A stretch of 64,000 nucleotides of DNA from an uncultured Methanomicrobiaceae archaeon (GTDB lineage Archaea > Halobacteriota > Methanomicrobia > Methanomicrobiales > Methanoculleaceae), in NCBI GenBank assembly GCA_963826525.1, contig CAWGXH010000005.1:256001-320000 (forward strand), given 5' to 3'. A model generated the notes under the pieces. That model was not told the origin of the DNA, searched no databases, and worked only from the letters and a program-made list of their open reading frames with translations. How positions within the stretch are numbered: position 1 is the first letter of the stretch; each line of letters starts with the position of its first letter. A program made the translations under genes and the position numbers. This document shows positions 20,749-33,565 of the stretch, in pieces.

Positions 20749-21030
20749 ATGGTTGATGTCGTCAAGCGAGACGGGAGAAGAGAGCCGTTCGTTCCCGAAA
20801 AGATCACGGTCAGCGCCGTGAAGGCCGGCGCACCGCCCGAAGAGGCACGTCGGATTGCAAAGGCGGTCGAGCGGGTTGCACGCGATGGTATCTCGACGGA
20901 TGAGATCCGACGCCGTGTGCTCGAACAGCTCCGGGATCAGAACCGCACATGGGAGCAGAACTGGATAATCTATGACCAGGCCGTAAAAAAGCGTACCGAA
21001 CAGGAGATCCCACAGCCTGTCGGCCACTGA
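20749..21030 (+). CDS. Stand-alone ATP-cone domain protein
   Basis: VVKRDGRREPFVPEKI..ISTDEIRRRVLEQL. Confidence 0.85.
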   Translation: MVDVVKRDGRREPFVPEKITVSAVKAGAPPEEARRIAKAVERVARDGISTDEIRRRVLEQLRDQNRTWEQNWIIYDQAVKKRTEQEIPQPVGH

Positions 21031-21457
21031 TCCTCTGGAGGGTTTCCCGGGTTCTGCCGGAACACCGGGAGGCGTTCCCGACTGCATTTTTCTGCAATTG
21101 GTATCCCGAACAACAGGTGCCTTCTTTGTTATCGGAGCCCCGTATCCCCGGTTTCGATGCGTACTCCGGCGAACCCATCCGCTGGGTCTGACAGGTCAGG
21201 CGGAGCAGTGCCCCCTCCCGGCAGATGGCCGATCGTTCTCCCGTGAGGGCTGGTATAAGACCTGCTTTTTCTAAAATAAACTCCATTTCGGAATAAACCG
21301 GGCAATGCCCGACAGGAGCAGGGATCAGTTGGATTTCGAGCCGTGCTGTTTTAGTATCCAGGTACTATTGGATTTTTCCAATCCCATAGGACTAAATCTT
21401 CGAACGGATGGATTGGTAGAACACAGGGCATATGGGGGCTGACCGATTCCGGCGGAC

Positions 21458-24355
21458 ATGACAGCCAGGGAAAGAAGGGCCTATCGGCGGGTGCCCCGGT
21501 ATCCCGCCATCTCTGGAGGACGGATACCTCACCGCCACTCCTGATCTGGCCATCACCTGGCTAAACCCGGCTATGGAACGCATGCTGGGAGTAGCGGAAG
21601 AAGCGGTGCGAGGAGCATCTGCTCTGGAGCTACTCGCTTCGCACCTCATCCCGCTGATCCCTGATGGTGACCCCTGTAAAACAACACTCTTCAACACGCT
21701 TCTGCAAGGTGAGGAGGTCGGCCATCTCATATGCCGGATCCGGAGCCCGACCTATTCGGGCCGGGTCGAGGTACTCGAGCACCAGAGTCCCCGTGAATGA
21801 AACCACCGATATGGTATGGCTCATCCACCTGCGCAGGATCACCGGAGAGAAACTGGTCGAAACCGAACTGCAACAGTGCCGGAGGAACGCATCTATCCTC
21901 TCGGAAGCGGCAACCGAACTTGTCGGACTGTCCCCGGATGCCGATATCTATGCCGTCATCGGCAGGCATCTCCACACCCTTATTCCCGGCTCGACGGTTA
22001 TCGTCAGTACCGGCCGATATCCGGAGAGGTACCCTGACGACGCGGGCGGTCGTCGGGGATGAGGCCCTGCTGGCCGGCGTGATGCAGATCCTCGGTGCGA
22101 ACCTGCGGGGGATCACGCTCGCCCTGCCGCAGGCGATCCGCTCCATCATGCTGGAAGGGAGCATTGAGACGATTCCAGGCGGCCTTGCGGCGGCGGTGTT
22201 CGGGCAGATCCCGGAGGAGATCTGTTGCAGGATCGAGGAGTATGCCCGCTTTGGAGCAGTATACGGCATTCCGTTCACCTGGAAGGGCGAAATCTTCGGA
22301 TCTGCAGTGATCCTTACCAACCAGGATGCCGCAGAGATCAATAGAGATGCTGTCGATACATTCCGCAGCCTGGCCGCCATTGCACTGCAACGGCGGTGCG
22401 CCGAGGAGAAACTTCGAGAGGATGAAGAGATGTTCCGGCTGCTCACCGAGCACGCTCAGGATATCATCTACCGCTTCGCCTACACCCCGGTTCCGCACTT
22501 CGCGTACGTGAGCCCGTCGGCATCCGCGATCATGGGCTACACACCGGAGGAGTTCTATGCCGACCCCGGTCTCTACGCCTCGATCGTTCATCCGGACGAC
22601 CGGGAGAAACTCACTCCCCTGATCGCAGCGGGATATCAGCGAGAGCGTAACCCTCACCCTCCGCGAGAGAAGGAAGGACGGAGCGGTTCTCTGGATGGAG
22701 CACCACGTCACGCCCATCTTCGACGATGCCGGGAACCTGATTGGCATCGAGGGGATCGGGCGGGATATCACGGAGCGGAAACGGGTGGAGGAGCAGCTGC
22801 GGATCCGGGACGCAGCCATCGAGTCGTCCCCAACACCGTTCATCATCACGACGCCGGAAGGCACCATCACCTCTGCAAACGCCGCGGCGCTCGACCAGTT
22901 CGGGTACAGCGATCTCGACACCCTTATCGGCCGGAACATCCGGGAGTTTGCGCCGAGCCCCGACGATACGGAGGCGATCGGCCGGGCACTGCTCAAGATC
23001 GGCAGTTACCACGGGGAGATCACCGGTCGGAGGCGCGACGGTAGAGCGACTACCATCCTCCTCTCCGCCAGCGCCATCACCGGCGCTGCAGGACAGCCCT
23101 CCCGCATCGCCGTCTCTTTCGTCGATATCGGGGATCGAAAGCGGGTGGAGGACGAACTGAAACGGCGCACCCGGTACTTTTCGGTATTGAACGAAGTCAT
23201 CGGGGTTTCGGTCGCATCGCTCTCGCTCGACGAAATGCTCGAATCCGTGCTGCGGAAGGTCCTGTCCATGCTGGATATCGACCGCGGGGCCGTCTACCTC
23301 CTCGATCCGCAGCCGGAATCAGGCAATCCTTCGCAATCACCACGGAATCCCGGAGGCGTACCTTGCACGGAACCGGATACTCGACACCCATAACCGGCCT
23401 GAAAACATCGTCTTCATCACCGGGCAGCCCCGGTACGTCATCAGGACACCCGGGATCAGCGCTTCCGGGAATAGGCTCTTAAAAAGGCTCGATGTCTCCG
23501 CTCTCGCCTGCATCCCCCTGCTCGCCGATTCGGTCGTTGTCGGGGCGATTCTATCTCGGAAGCAGGAAACGGACGGTTTTTTCACCCGATGAAAAGACCA
23601 TCCTCGAGGCGGTAGGCCGTGCTATCGGTTCTGCAATCCTCAAGATGATGCTTCTGCAGCAGCTGGAGGACGCTCACCTGGAGGCGAACCTCTACCTCGA
23701 TATCCTCACCCACGACATCGGGAATACCGAAAATGTCTCTACCCTGTACACCGATCTTCTGCTGGAGACGCTTGAGGGAGAGAATGCCCTCTATGCGGAG
23801 AAACTTCGGGCAAGCATCCAGAAGAGTATCGAGATTCTCCGAAGCGTCTCCACCATCCGGAAGATTCACGAGGAGAGCAGGGCGCTCAAACCGGTCAGCC
23901 TCGACGAGGTTATCCAACAGGAGATCAGCCAGTTCCCGTCGGTTTCGATCCGCTACGACGGCTTCCCCGTCACGGTCTGGGCAGACGACCTCCTCGCCGA
24001 GATCCCTGCGAACCTTATCGGAAACGCTGTAAAGTTCGGCGGTCAGGGAGTTTTCGTGACTATCACCGTGGAGGGAACCGGAGACGAGAGCGTCTTCGTA
24101 ACCGTCACCGATACCGGCCCCGGTATTTCCGACGAGCAGAAGGAGGAGATCTTCCAGCGATTTGAGCGGGGCAAAGAGAAAGGCAGGGGCGAAGGGCTCG
24201 GGCTCTACATCGTCAGGATGCTCGTCGAGCGTTACGGTGGCAGGATCTGGGTCGAGGATCGGGTGCCGGGGCACCCGGCTGAAGGAGCGGCATTCCGGTT
24301 CACGCTTCAAGGAGTTACCTGCCGGGATGCAGCGGGCGTTGCGCCGCCGTCATAA
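21458..24355 (+). CDS. PAS/GAF sensor histidine kinase (several frameshifts; start approximate)
   Basis: PAS and GAF segments; LYLDILTHDIGN H-box; NLIGNAVKF, DTGPG, GEGLGL. Confidence 0.82.
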
Positions 24356-24384
24356 TGGAGTAGTCGTCAGAAAAAAAGGAGCGG

Positions 24385-25996
24385 TTATTCTCTCTCCCGG
24401 ATCTGCTCATCGAGCTCCGGCAGAGGTTCGATCCGGGAGACTGCGGCAGGTCCCGGAGAGGGGAGAGGAGTGCCGACAGAGAGGGGTTGGATGTACCAGC
24501 CGGTCATGGTCTCGTCGAGAACCGTATCGGTATTCTTCTGGGTCAGCAGGCTGACGACGATCATGGTCCCGATTGAGATGAACAGCGCGTAGAGGCTGAA
24601 GTGCACCGGCAGTTTTGCCACGTACTGGTGCCAGTAGCCGAAGACCCCGGCAGAGATAAGGCCGAACGCCATGCTGGCGATCGCCCCCTCTGCGGTTGCG
24701 CCCCGCCAGTACAGCCCGGCCAGAAGCGGGACTGCGAAGGTGGCGAGCATGACCCCGATACCCATCCAGATCAGCCATGCCAGCATCGGCGGCGGGCTGA
24801 TGGCAAGCAGGAGCGTTCCGCCTGCTGCGATGATGACCGCAACCTTCGAGACGAGGAGCACCTCTTTGTCGGGTGCGGACGGGCGGAGGATATTCTTGTA
24901 GATGTCCCAGGCAAACATCGTCCCGACGGTCAGCATCAGGCGGTCGGTCGTGGACATGACGGCTGCAAGGACGATGACGGCGAAGAGCGCCCATAACGCA
25001 ACGCTCGGCATCGCATACTCCACACCGGAGATGAACGCAAAATCCTGGGCGTTGACCATATTCGGGAGCACTATCGTCCCCTCTTCGACGAGCGAGCGGA
25101 CTGCAAACCCGGCGAACTTCACGAGGAACATCACTACCGCATAGATGACGAAGGCGACGAGCGGCGCCCACTTGAAGTACTTGGCCTCTTTTGCTGCGAG
25201 AACGTTGTTGATGACGTGGGGTGCACAGGCAAGCCCGACGGTCAGCAGAATCCCGAACGAGAAGAGGAACTCGGGTGTTGCGTAGGCGTAGGGTGCGTAG
25301 GCCGGTGACGGGTACCAGGGCTGGATGAAGTTCGGGTCGACGCCGGCGAGCACCACGTTGATATGCTCGAGCCCTCCGGCGGCGAGCACCACGAGCGGCG
25401 CCATCACGAGGACTCCGATGATCAGAATGCCGCCCTGCACCAGGGTCGTCCAGGACACAGCATAGAGCCCTCCGACTACCGTGTATGCGGTGATGATAAC
25501 GCCGGAGATGAGAAGTGCCCAGGTATGCGGGATCTCAAAGAGCCAGACGAGGACGATGCTGATCGCCGTGTACTGGCCGACGAGGTAGATCAGCGAGACG
25601 ACGATGCCGGCGACGGCGGAAAGTCCCCGCAGCGCCCCCGGACTCTCGAACCGATGGGCAAGGTAGTCCTGCACGGTGAGGTAGCCGTGGGATTTTCCCA
25701 CGTGGTGGAGTTTGACGCCGAAGACGACGATACAGAAGGCTGCAGCGAGCGGGACGAAGATCTGCTCCCAGATCCCCGGCCATCCGGATGCAAACCCGAA
25801 CCCGCTGACCCCGAGAAGCGTCATTCCGCTGCAGATGGAGCAGACGATAAGGATGGTGAAGACCCAGAACCCGAGCGACCTGCCTGCAAGGATGTAGTCC
25901 TCGGTGTTGTGAATCTTTCCCGATGCCCAGCTCGCCGATGCCGATCAGGACGATGAAGTAGAGTGCTATCAGCCCGAGGGTTATCGGATCGATCAT
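24385..25996 (-). CDS. Sodium:solute symporter family protein (frameshift ~25930)
   Basis: EDYILAGRSLG, YTVVGGLYAVSWT, LAAVMSTTD, GLYWRGATAEGA; many TM helices. Confidence 0.9.
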
Positions 25997-26106
25997 CAGC
26001 ACCCTGCCTCCCTAAAGTTCATGCCCCAGAGGAAGAGCAGAACGACGATGGCGACGAACGCACCACTTACTGCAAGCGCCGTTTCAAGAGGAAGACCAAG
26101 GATCAT
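25996..26106 (-). CDS. 36-aa single-TM symporter accessory protein
   Basis: MILGLPLETALAVSGAFVAIVVLLFLWGMNFREAGC; TGATG overlap with the symporter start. Confidence 0.7.
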   Translation of the reverse strand: MILGLPLETALAVSGAFVAIVVLLFLWGMNFREAGC

Positions 26107-26203
26107 AGTGTGCTATATGTTAGCGTGCTACATATTAACATGATCGATCCGGACGTATACCGCCAGGCGTTCGGCAGCAGAAGAAAAGAGGGGAGAGTTA
26201 CTC

Positions 26204-26709
26204 TTACTTAGCGCTCTGAACGGTCTTCGAACCGCGGAGAATAGCGATCTTCCCCGTCCTGACGAGTCTCTTTGATGCCGTACTGGCGTAGCAGCTTCTC
26301 GAGCGCATCGATCTTGCCGGTATCGCCGACGACCTGCAAGAGCAGCGTCCTCGTGCCGACATCGACGATCTGCGCCCGGAATATATCGGCTATCTGCATG
26401 ATCTCTGCACGGGACGTGCCCGGCTCTGCGGACACTTTAATCAGGGCGAGCTCCCGGTCGACGCTCTCGCGCTCGGTGATGTCGGAGACCTTGATCACCT
26501 CGATGAGTTTGTTCGCCTGCTTCATCACCTGCTCGATCTTAACGTCGTCACCGTTCACGACGATGGTTATCCGGCTCATATTCGGCTCTTCGCAGGTGCC
26601 GACGGCAAGGCTCTCTATGTTGAAACCCCGCCGGGAGAACATGCCGGCGACGCGGTGAGAGAACGCCCGCCCGGTTCTCCACGAGCACGCTGAGTGTATG
26701 CGACTTCAT
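26204..26709 (-). CDS. ilvH: Acetolactate synthase small subunit (frameshifts ~26655, ~26265)
   Basis: HTLSVLVENRAGVL, FSRRGFNIESL, RELALIKV, ELVRTG; ATGA overlap with ilvB. Confidence 0.92.
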
Positions 26710-28385
26710 TTCTGGTGCACCCCGATCATCTCGTTGATGGCCGCTCCCGCAGGTGCCATCGGAAAGACGTTCTCCTCGCGCTCGATCCGGAAGTCGAGGA
26801 CGAACGGCCCGTCGGTCGCAAGCGCCGTCTCGAGCGCCTCGCGGACGGCGTCCTTCGTCTCGACCTTGATGCCGTCAATGCCGTAGGCCTGCGCTATCTT
26901 GACGAAATCGACCGGCGGCAGCTCCGTGTAAGAGTAGCGCCGGTCGTAGAAGAGCTCCTGCCACTGCCGCACCATCCCGAGGTACATGTTGTTCAGGACG
27001 ACCACTTTCACGGGGATATCGTACTGGGCGACCGTCCCGAGCTCCTGGATGTTCATCTGGAAACTGCCGTCGCCGGCGATATCGACGACGGGCATATCGG
27101 GCCGGGCGTAATGCGCACCGATCGCGGCCGGGAAGCCGTAGCCCATCGTGCCGAGCCCGCCGGAGGTGAGCCACGTGCGCGGTTTTGTGAAGCAGTAGTG
27201 GAGCGCCGTCCACATCTGGTTCTGCCCGACCTCGCTGACGATGATCCCCTCGCCCTTCAGGATGTCGGCGAGCTGGCGGATGATATACTGCGGCCGGAGA
27301 TGGTCGTCGTCGGGGAAGCCGATCGGATAACGCACTTTCCAGTCCGCCACCCGGCTCTGCCACCCGCTCGTCTCACCGTGCTTCTGCATCCGCTGGAGCA
27401 TCGCTTGAAGAACAAGCCGGACGTCGCCGACGATCGGGACGTCGACCGGCTTGTTCTTCCCGATCTCCGCGGGATCGATATCGACGTGAACGATCGTCGC
27501 GTTCGGCGCGAACGCCTCTATCTTTCCGGTCACCCGGTCGTCGAAACGGACGCCGATGGCGAGGAGGAGATCGCACTCGGTGATGGCGTAGTTTGCCGCG
27601 GGCGTTCCGTGCATCCCGAGCATCCCGAGATGCAGCGGATGGTCGCAGGGGACGACGACCGAGCCCCATCAGGGTGGTGGTCACCGGGATTGCCGCCCGC
27701 TCCGCAAACTCCACGAGTTCGGCCGATGCGTTGGAGAGGATAACCCCGCCGCCTGCATAGATGACCGGCCGCGCAGCCTCTGCTATCAGGGAGAGGGCTT
27801 TGTCGATCTGCCGGGCGTGCCCCTGGTACGTGGGCTGGTAGCCGCGGAGGGATACCTCTGCAGGCAAGGCTCTCTCGGCTCGTGACCTGGTTCGTGGTAA
27901 CGTCTTTCGGGAGATCGACGAGGACGCGGGCCGGGCCTGCCGGTTCCGGCGACGTAGAACGCCTCCCGGATCACGCCGGCGAGGTCGGCACCGTTCTTCA
28001 CCAGATAGTTGTGCTTCGTGACCGGCATGGTGATCCCGGTGATATCCGACTCCTGGAACGCGTCGTTGCCGAGCATCCCCGTCGGAACCTGGCCGGTGAG
28101 CGCGACGACGGGGACGGAGTCCATATACGCCGTCGCGATTCCGGTCACGAGGTTGCATGCACCGGGACCTGATGTGGCGAGGCATACACCTACCCGGCCG
28201 CTTGCGCGTGCATACCCGTCGGCTGCATGTGCCGCTGCCTGTTCGTGCCTCACCAGTATGTGCCGGATCGACGAGTCGTAGAGCTCGTCGTAGATCGGCA
28301 GCACCGAGCCTCCGGGGTAGCCGAATATGGTGTCCACCCCTTCGCGCTGCAGCGCTTCAATCAGTATCTTCGCTCCGGTTTTCAT
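26706..28385 (-). CDS. ilvB: Acetolactate synthase large subunit (frameshifts)
   Basis: [50 protein letters not shown]. Confidence 0.95.
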
Positions 28386-29915
28386 GCTCTTCCCGTAATA
28401 GTCTGTTCATACCTGCGATAACTGCTTCGACGCTCGCCGTGATAATATCCGTCCGGGCACCACGGCTGGTCACGGTCTTTCCGTCTTTCGAGAGTTTCAC
28501 CGTCACGTCGACGAGGGCATCCGTACCGCCGACGATTGCTTCGACGTGGTACTGCTCGAGCCTGACCGTGCCGACGGCGGCGACCGACCGCTGAAGCGCG
28601 CGGATAGCCGCATCGACAGGGCCGTTCCCCGTGGCGGCGCCGGTGATCTCCTCTCCATTTACGAGCAGCGTCACCGATGCGGTCGGCATCGCGTTGCTCC
28701 CGGAGACGATCGTGAACTGCCGGAGTTCGATCGCCGGGGTATACTCGATCTCGAAGACGGCATCGGCGATCGTCATCATATCGGCGTCGGTGATCCGTTT
28801 CCCGGCGTCGCCGAGTCTGCTTTATCCGGCTGACGATCTCTGCGAGCTGGTGCGGCTGCGGGTGGTAGCCCATCTCGTGAAGGGCGGTCTCGACGGCTGC
28901 AGACCCCGAATGCTTGCCAAGGACGATCCGCCTCCTGCGGCCGACCCGTTCCGGGGTTATCGACTCATAGGTGGTCGCATCCCGCATCACCCCGTGGGCG
29001 TGGATGCCGCTCTCGTGCGTGAAGGCCATCTCGCCGACGATCGGCTTGTTCGTGGCAAGCGGAACCCCGGTCAGCCGGGAGACGACTGTCGAGAGGTGGT
29101 AGAGTTTCCCGGTCTCGATGCCGGTTCGCCGCCCGTACAGCACTTCGAGCGACATCACGAGTTCTTCGAACGCCGTGTTCCCCGCCCGCTCCCCGAGGCC
29201 GTTGACGGTCGCGTGAGCACAGGTCGCCCCGGCACGGAGCGCGGCGACGGTGGTTGCGAGCGCAAACCCGAGGTCGTCGTGGCAGTGGATGGAGAGCGGT
29301 GCCATGCAGAGCGGCGGGATGACCTCGGCTGCCCGTTCGGGCGTTAAGAGGCCGACAGTGTCGCAGAAGCAGAGCCGGTCGGCTCCGCGCTCGATACCTT
29401 CCCGGAAGATCTCGCGGAGAAAATCCTGATCCGCCCTCGATGCGTCTTCACCGCTGAGCTCAACGATAAGCCCGCGGCTTTTCGCGTACTCGATGGCACT
29501 CCAGGCCATCTCGCAGACCTGTTCGCGGGTCTTCCTGAGTTTCTTCTCGATATGCAGGTCGCTTACCGGAACAACGAGGTGTACCGAGTCTGCACCGAAA
29601 TCGGCAGCGAGATCGATATCCTGAGGCAAGCGCCCGGACGTAGGTGCAGCATTCGGCGGCAAGGCCTGCGTCGGAGATGAGCCGTATTGCTTCGCGTTCG
29701 CCGACGGATGCGGCAGCGGAACCTGCCTCGATGACGTCGACGCCGATATCGGAGAGGTGCGATGCAATCTCGAGTTTCTCTGCCGGGGTCAGCGATACGC
29801 CCGGGGTCTGTTCACCATCACGTAGTGTGGTGTCAAAAAAGCGAATCCTACTTCCAGATGAATCCTTACGGTCAAACGATCCGTGTAGCTTCGATTCACC
29901 CAATAAAACAATCAC
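28357..29915 (-). CDS. cimA: (R)-citramalate synthase, LeuA family (frameshifts ~29640, ~28825)
   Basis: [49 protein letters not shown]; upstream of ilvBH; leuA cannot be excluded. Confidence 0.75.
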
Positions 29916-30001
29916 TCATGGACAGTTGTCACCAGGAATAGGTGCGCCGGAGAGATACTTAAATGTTGAGCCTTATCTTGTCCAAAAAAGGGGAACAGTG
30001 T

Positions 30002-30682
30002 TTATGCCGGTGCAGGAGCGCTGTCGTAGATCAGCGTGATGTACCGGTAGGAGAATACGACGAATGCCGGCGCCAGCAGGAAGAGGAGCAGCCATCCGAT
30101 GAGCGGGATCAGGAGCAGGACGAACTCGACGATCAGGAGGACTATCCCGAGGATGATGAGGGCGGCGAAGTAGGAGAGCCACCCGACCTGCCCGATATGC
30201 TGGGTGATGGCACGGAGGTTGAATGCCTCGCCGAACCTGCCGGTGCGGGCGTAGCGGATACCGCCGAAGTTAGCCATAAGGCCGATGGCGATCGCGAGAA
30301 GGACGATGACGACCGCCAGGATGACCGCGACAACAGCCCCGAACGGGAGACCGGCGGAGCCGACCGGGTCGCCGGTCATCGCAGGCCCGCTCGTGACCGT
30401 TGCCGGGATGAAGTACAGCGCCAGGGAGACGAAGGCGATCAGGTAGATAGGGATAGCGTAGACGAGATAGATCACGAAGAGGACAATTCCTTCGATGAAC
30501 ATCGAAACGAGATTATCTGCCTCGGGAGCCGGCTTGGTGCCGCGCATGATCCGGACGGTATAGCCGTAGATCAGCGGGAAGACGATCGTCGAGATGAGGA
30601 GGATGAGCCATCTTCCCCAATTTCCCCAGAGAGCATCTTTCGTATACTCGTATGAGTCTTTAAGCATCGATCCGAATTCCAT
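30002..30682 (-). CDS. DUF4013 family membrane protein (copy 1 of 4)
   Basis: YEYTKDALWGNWGRW, GYTVRIMRG..PAPE, RYARTGRFGEAFN. Confidence 0.85.
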   Translation of the reverse strand: MEFGSMLKDSYEYTKDALWGNWGRWLILLISTIVFPLIYGYTVRIMRGTKPAPEADNLVSMFIEGIVLFVIYLVYAIPIYLIAFVSLALYFIPATVTSGPAMTGDPVGSAGLPFGAVVAVILAVVIVLLAIAIGLMANFGGIRYARTGRFGEAFNLRAITQHIGQVGWLSYFAALIILGIVLLIVEFVLLLIPLIGWLLLFLLAPAFVVFSYRYITLIYDSAPAPA

Positions 30683-30845
30683 GAATATCACCGATTCTTT
30701 TCTGATGAAAAGGTTTGTTTTCGCTCAAATATAGTTATCCAACATCCAGAGGGTATATTCCAGGTAAATAGACGGTTTTTGAGACTATCCGGGGGGCCGT
30801 GCACCTCGTGCGTCCTGGCCGTTCGGCCATCGGAAAAGGGTGGGA

Positions 30846-31532
30846 TTATCTGAATTCTGCCCCGCCGCTGTCGTAGATGAGGGTAATGTACCGGGCGATG
30901 AAGATGAGGTACGCCGGGTACAGGAAGAGCCCGATCAGCCACCCGATGATCGGGATAACTCCGATAATACCGATGATTATGGAGTAGACGATTCTGACGA
31001 TCCAGAGGATGATGAGCGCGATGATATACTCTCCCCACCTGATCCGGTTGATCTGCTCGAAGATTGCGGTGAAGTTGAAGGCTTCCGCGATGTTGTTCGT
31101 CCTCGCGTACCTGACGGCTGCGATGATGAGCACGATGTAAATGATGATCTGCAGGATCATGACGAGGACGATGCCGATTGCGAGGCCGGCGAGCGTGCTC
31201 AGTACCGTATCGACCAGTGCCACCGGATCGCCTGCCAGGTAGAGATCGATGAAGGTATTGTATGCCCCCCCGAAGAAGAGTGCCATCACGATCCAGACCG
31301 GTATGAAGTAGATGATCCCGAGGACGAAGAGTTTCAGGCCGTCGACGAACATCTTCACCCCGTCGGTAAGTTCGGGTGCAGGTTTTGCTCCCCGAAAGAT
31401 TCTGAACATATACCCGAGGATAAATGGAAAGATGATCGTCCCGATCGCGAGCAGTATCCATTTTCCCCATTTTCCAAAGAGCCCGTCTTTCGTATACCCG
31501 TACGCGCTCCCAAGCATCTCTGCGATATCCAT
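30846..31532 (-). CDS. DUF4013 family membrane protein (copy 2 of 4)
   Basis: YTKDGLFGKWGKW, GYMFRIFRGAKPAPE, RYARTNNIAEAFNF. Confidence 0.85.
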   Translation of the reverse strand: MDIAEMLGSAYGYTKDGLFGKWGKWILLAIGTIIFPFILGYMFRIFRGAKPAPELTDGVKMFVDGLKLFVLGIIYFIPVWIVMALFFGGAYNTFIDLYLAGDPVALVDTVLSTLAGLAIGIVLVMILQIIIYIVLIIAAVRYARTNNIAEAFNFTAIFEQINRIRWGEYIIALIILWIVRIVYSIIIGIIGVIPIIGWLIGLFLYPAYLIFIARYITLIYDSGGAEFR

Positions 31533-31722
31533 AGTTGCTTCCCCCTAGTAGCGGGAAGGCTTGCCATAGCCCTATTTAAATCTATCTGCCTCCTGCATAG
31601 GTGGAGAACCGGAATCTCCCCACTCTTCCGCTCTGCTTGAAGAGGTGTAACTAGGCAGAGATGGGCAGCGGACAGCGGCTGAGCCCGGACACGAAAAAAT
31701 AGGGGAGGTTGTCGGTTTGCCG

Positions 31723-32418
31723 TTACGCGGGCGCCGGTTCGCTCTCGTAGATGATGGCAAAGTAGCGTGCGACGAAGACGGCAAACGCCACGCCGAGGAA
31801 GAGCTCGATGATCCACCCGAGGATCGGGATCATGCTGAGAATTCCGACGATAAGGCCGTAGATGAATGAGAGGACGATGAGTATGATGACGGCGAGGATC
31901 CAGGTTCCCCAGCCGATCTTCCCGATGTGCTCGAGGATGGCGCCGAAGTTGAATGCCTGGCCGAAGCTCTCCGTGTGGGCGAACCGCAGCATGCCGAAGG
32001 TTGCGATGAACGAGATGATGATCGCAATAATGGCTGCAATGAGAATGCCGCCGAGGAGACTGGCTACCGCTGCCGCTGCTGCAGAGGGGTCGCCACCGGC
32101 TGCTTCCGAGGCGATGGCGCTGAGTGCGGCGAAACCGCCGAAGACGAAGAGAACGATGAACACCGGGATCATGTAGATGAGGCCGATGATGTTCAGCTTC
32201 CACCCGTCGACGAAGAGTTTTCCCCACTGGTCGACCTCGGGAGCGGGCTTTGCTCCGCCGTAGACCCTGACCATGTATCCGGTGTAGAGCGGGACGAGGA
32301 AGAGCGTAAAGATCTGGATGAGCGAGAGGACGATCAGGATGATCCAGCGTCCCCATTTACCGACGAGACCTTCCTTAGCATAGTCGATCGATTGACCGAT
32401 GACGTTACCGTAATCCAT
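31723..32418 (-). CDS. DUF4013 family membrane protein (copy 3 of 4)
   Basis: YAKEGLVGKWGRW, GYMVRVYGGAKPAPE, RFAHTESFGQAFNF. Confidence 0.85.
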   Translation of the reverse strand: MDYGNVIGQSIDYAKEGLVGKWGRWIILIVLSLIQIFTLFLVPLYTGYMVRVYGGAKPAPEVDQWGKLFVDGWKLNIIGLIYMIPVFIVLFVFGGFAALSAIASEAAGGDPSAAAAAVASLLGGILIAAIIAIIISFIATFGMLRFAHTESFGQAFNFGAILEHIGKIGWGTWILAVIILIVLSFIYGLIVGILSMIPILGWIIELFLGVAFAVFVARYFAIIYESEPAPA

Positions 32419-32705
32419 AGGTACCAGTGGATCGGTAATGGGAGAACGTCTCTATATAAAGATGTTGAAGAGGATTTCGAAAACCCTTCTCCTTAACACC
32501 TGCGCCGTCCGGCGTCCCATCGGAAGGATCCCCGGGGGCTTATCCGAAGCAGGGCAGACCCTTCCCTGCGGTCCGGAGTATCCAGTCTCCTCTCCGTGAA
32601 AGATCATACCGGAACCGCAGGGTTTGGGGTAACTGCCCCTCAACGAGACCACAGCCGGTATCGCAGGGCTTTCCGTAGCCTCTCTTAAAAAAGGTGTTGA
32701 CTGTT

Positions 32706-33354
32706 CTATGCCGGTGCCGGAGCGCTCTCGTAGATCAGCGTCATGTAGCGTGCCGTGAAGACGATCCAGGGCGGGTACAGGAAGAGCATGATCAACCAGC
32801 CGATGATCGGAATAGCGCTGAGCACCGTGATGATAATGCTGAAGACGATCCCGACGATCCAGAGCACGATCAGGGCGATGATGTAGCTTCCCCAGCCGAT
32901 CTTCCCGATGTGCCCGAGGATGGCGCCGAAGGCAAACGCCTGGCCCATGCTGTCCTTCCGGGCGAAACGGATCGTGCCGATCGCTGAGATCAGCGAGATG
33001 ATGATCGCGACGATGATCATGACCAGCAGGCCGAGACCGGCCGACCCGATGGCGGCGGTCGGATTGCCGTTCGCCAGCATCATCGCCGGTATGAGGGAGA
33101 CAACCGCGATGATGAAGATCGGGATGGCATAGATGATGCCGATGACGAAGAGCTTCAGACCATTGATGAAGAGCCCTCCCCAGTTTTCAAGTTCGGGAGC
33201 CGGTTTTGCGCCGCTGTAAATGCGGACGATATATCCCATGATGAGCGGGAAGACGATCGTGCTGACGACAAGCAGGACCCGACCGGCCCCACTTGCCCCA
33301 GACGGCGTCCTTTGCATAGCCGAACGAATCGCTCAGCATCTCTCCGTAGTCCAT
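32706..33354 (-). CDS. DUF4013 family membrane protein (copy 4 of 4; frameshift ~33285)
   Basis: MDYGEMLSDSFGYAKDAVWGKW, GYIVRIYSGAKPAPE, RFARKDSMGQAF. Confidence 0.85.
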
Positions 33355-33565
33355 TGGTTAAACACCTAATCGATAATGGGAGAATTACGATATAAATGCG
33401 TTTTGAAATGTATTTCGGGCATCAGGAATTTCTCTACAGAAACGAGGGGATTTTACGGGTTTTCAGGGGCAGAATATCCTCCCGCGGCAGTTGCCCGGGC
33501 TAAAAATGAGATCCGGTTTCCCGCAGGGTGCACGGGCGGCACCGAAAAAAAAAGCGGAAGGGTTT

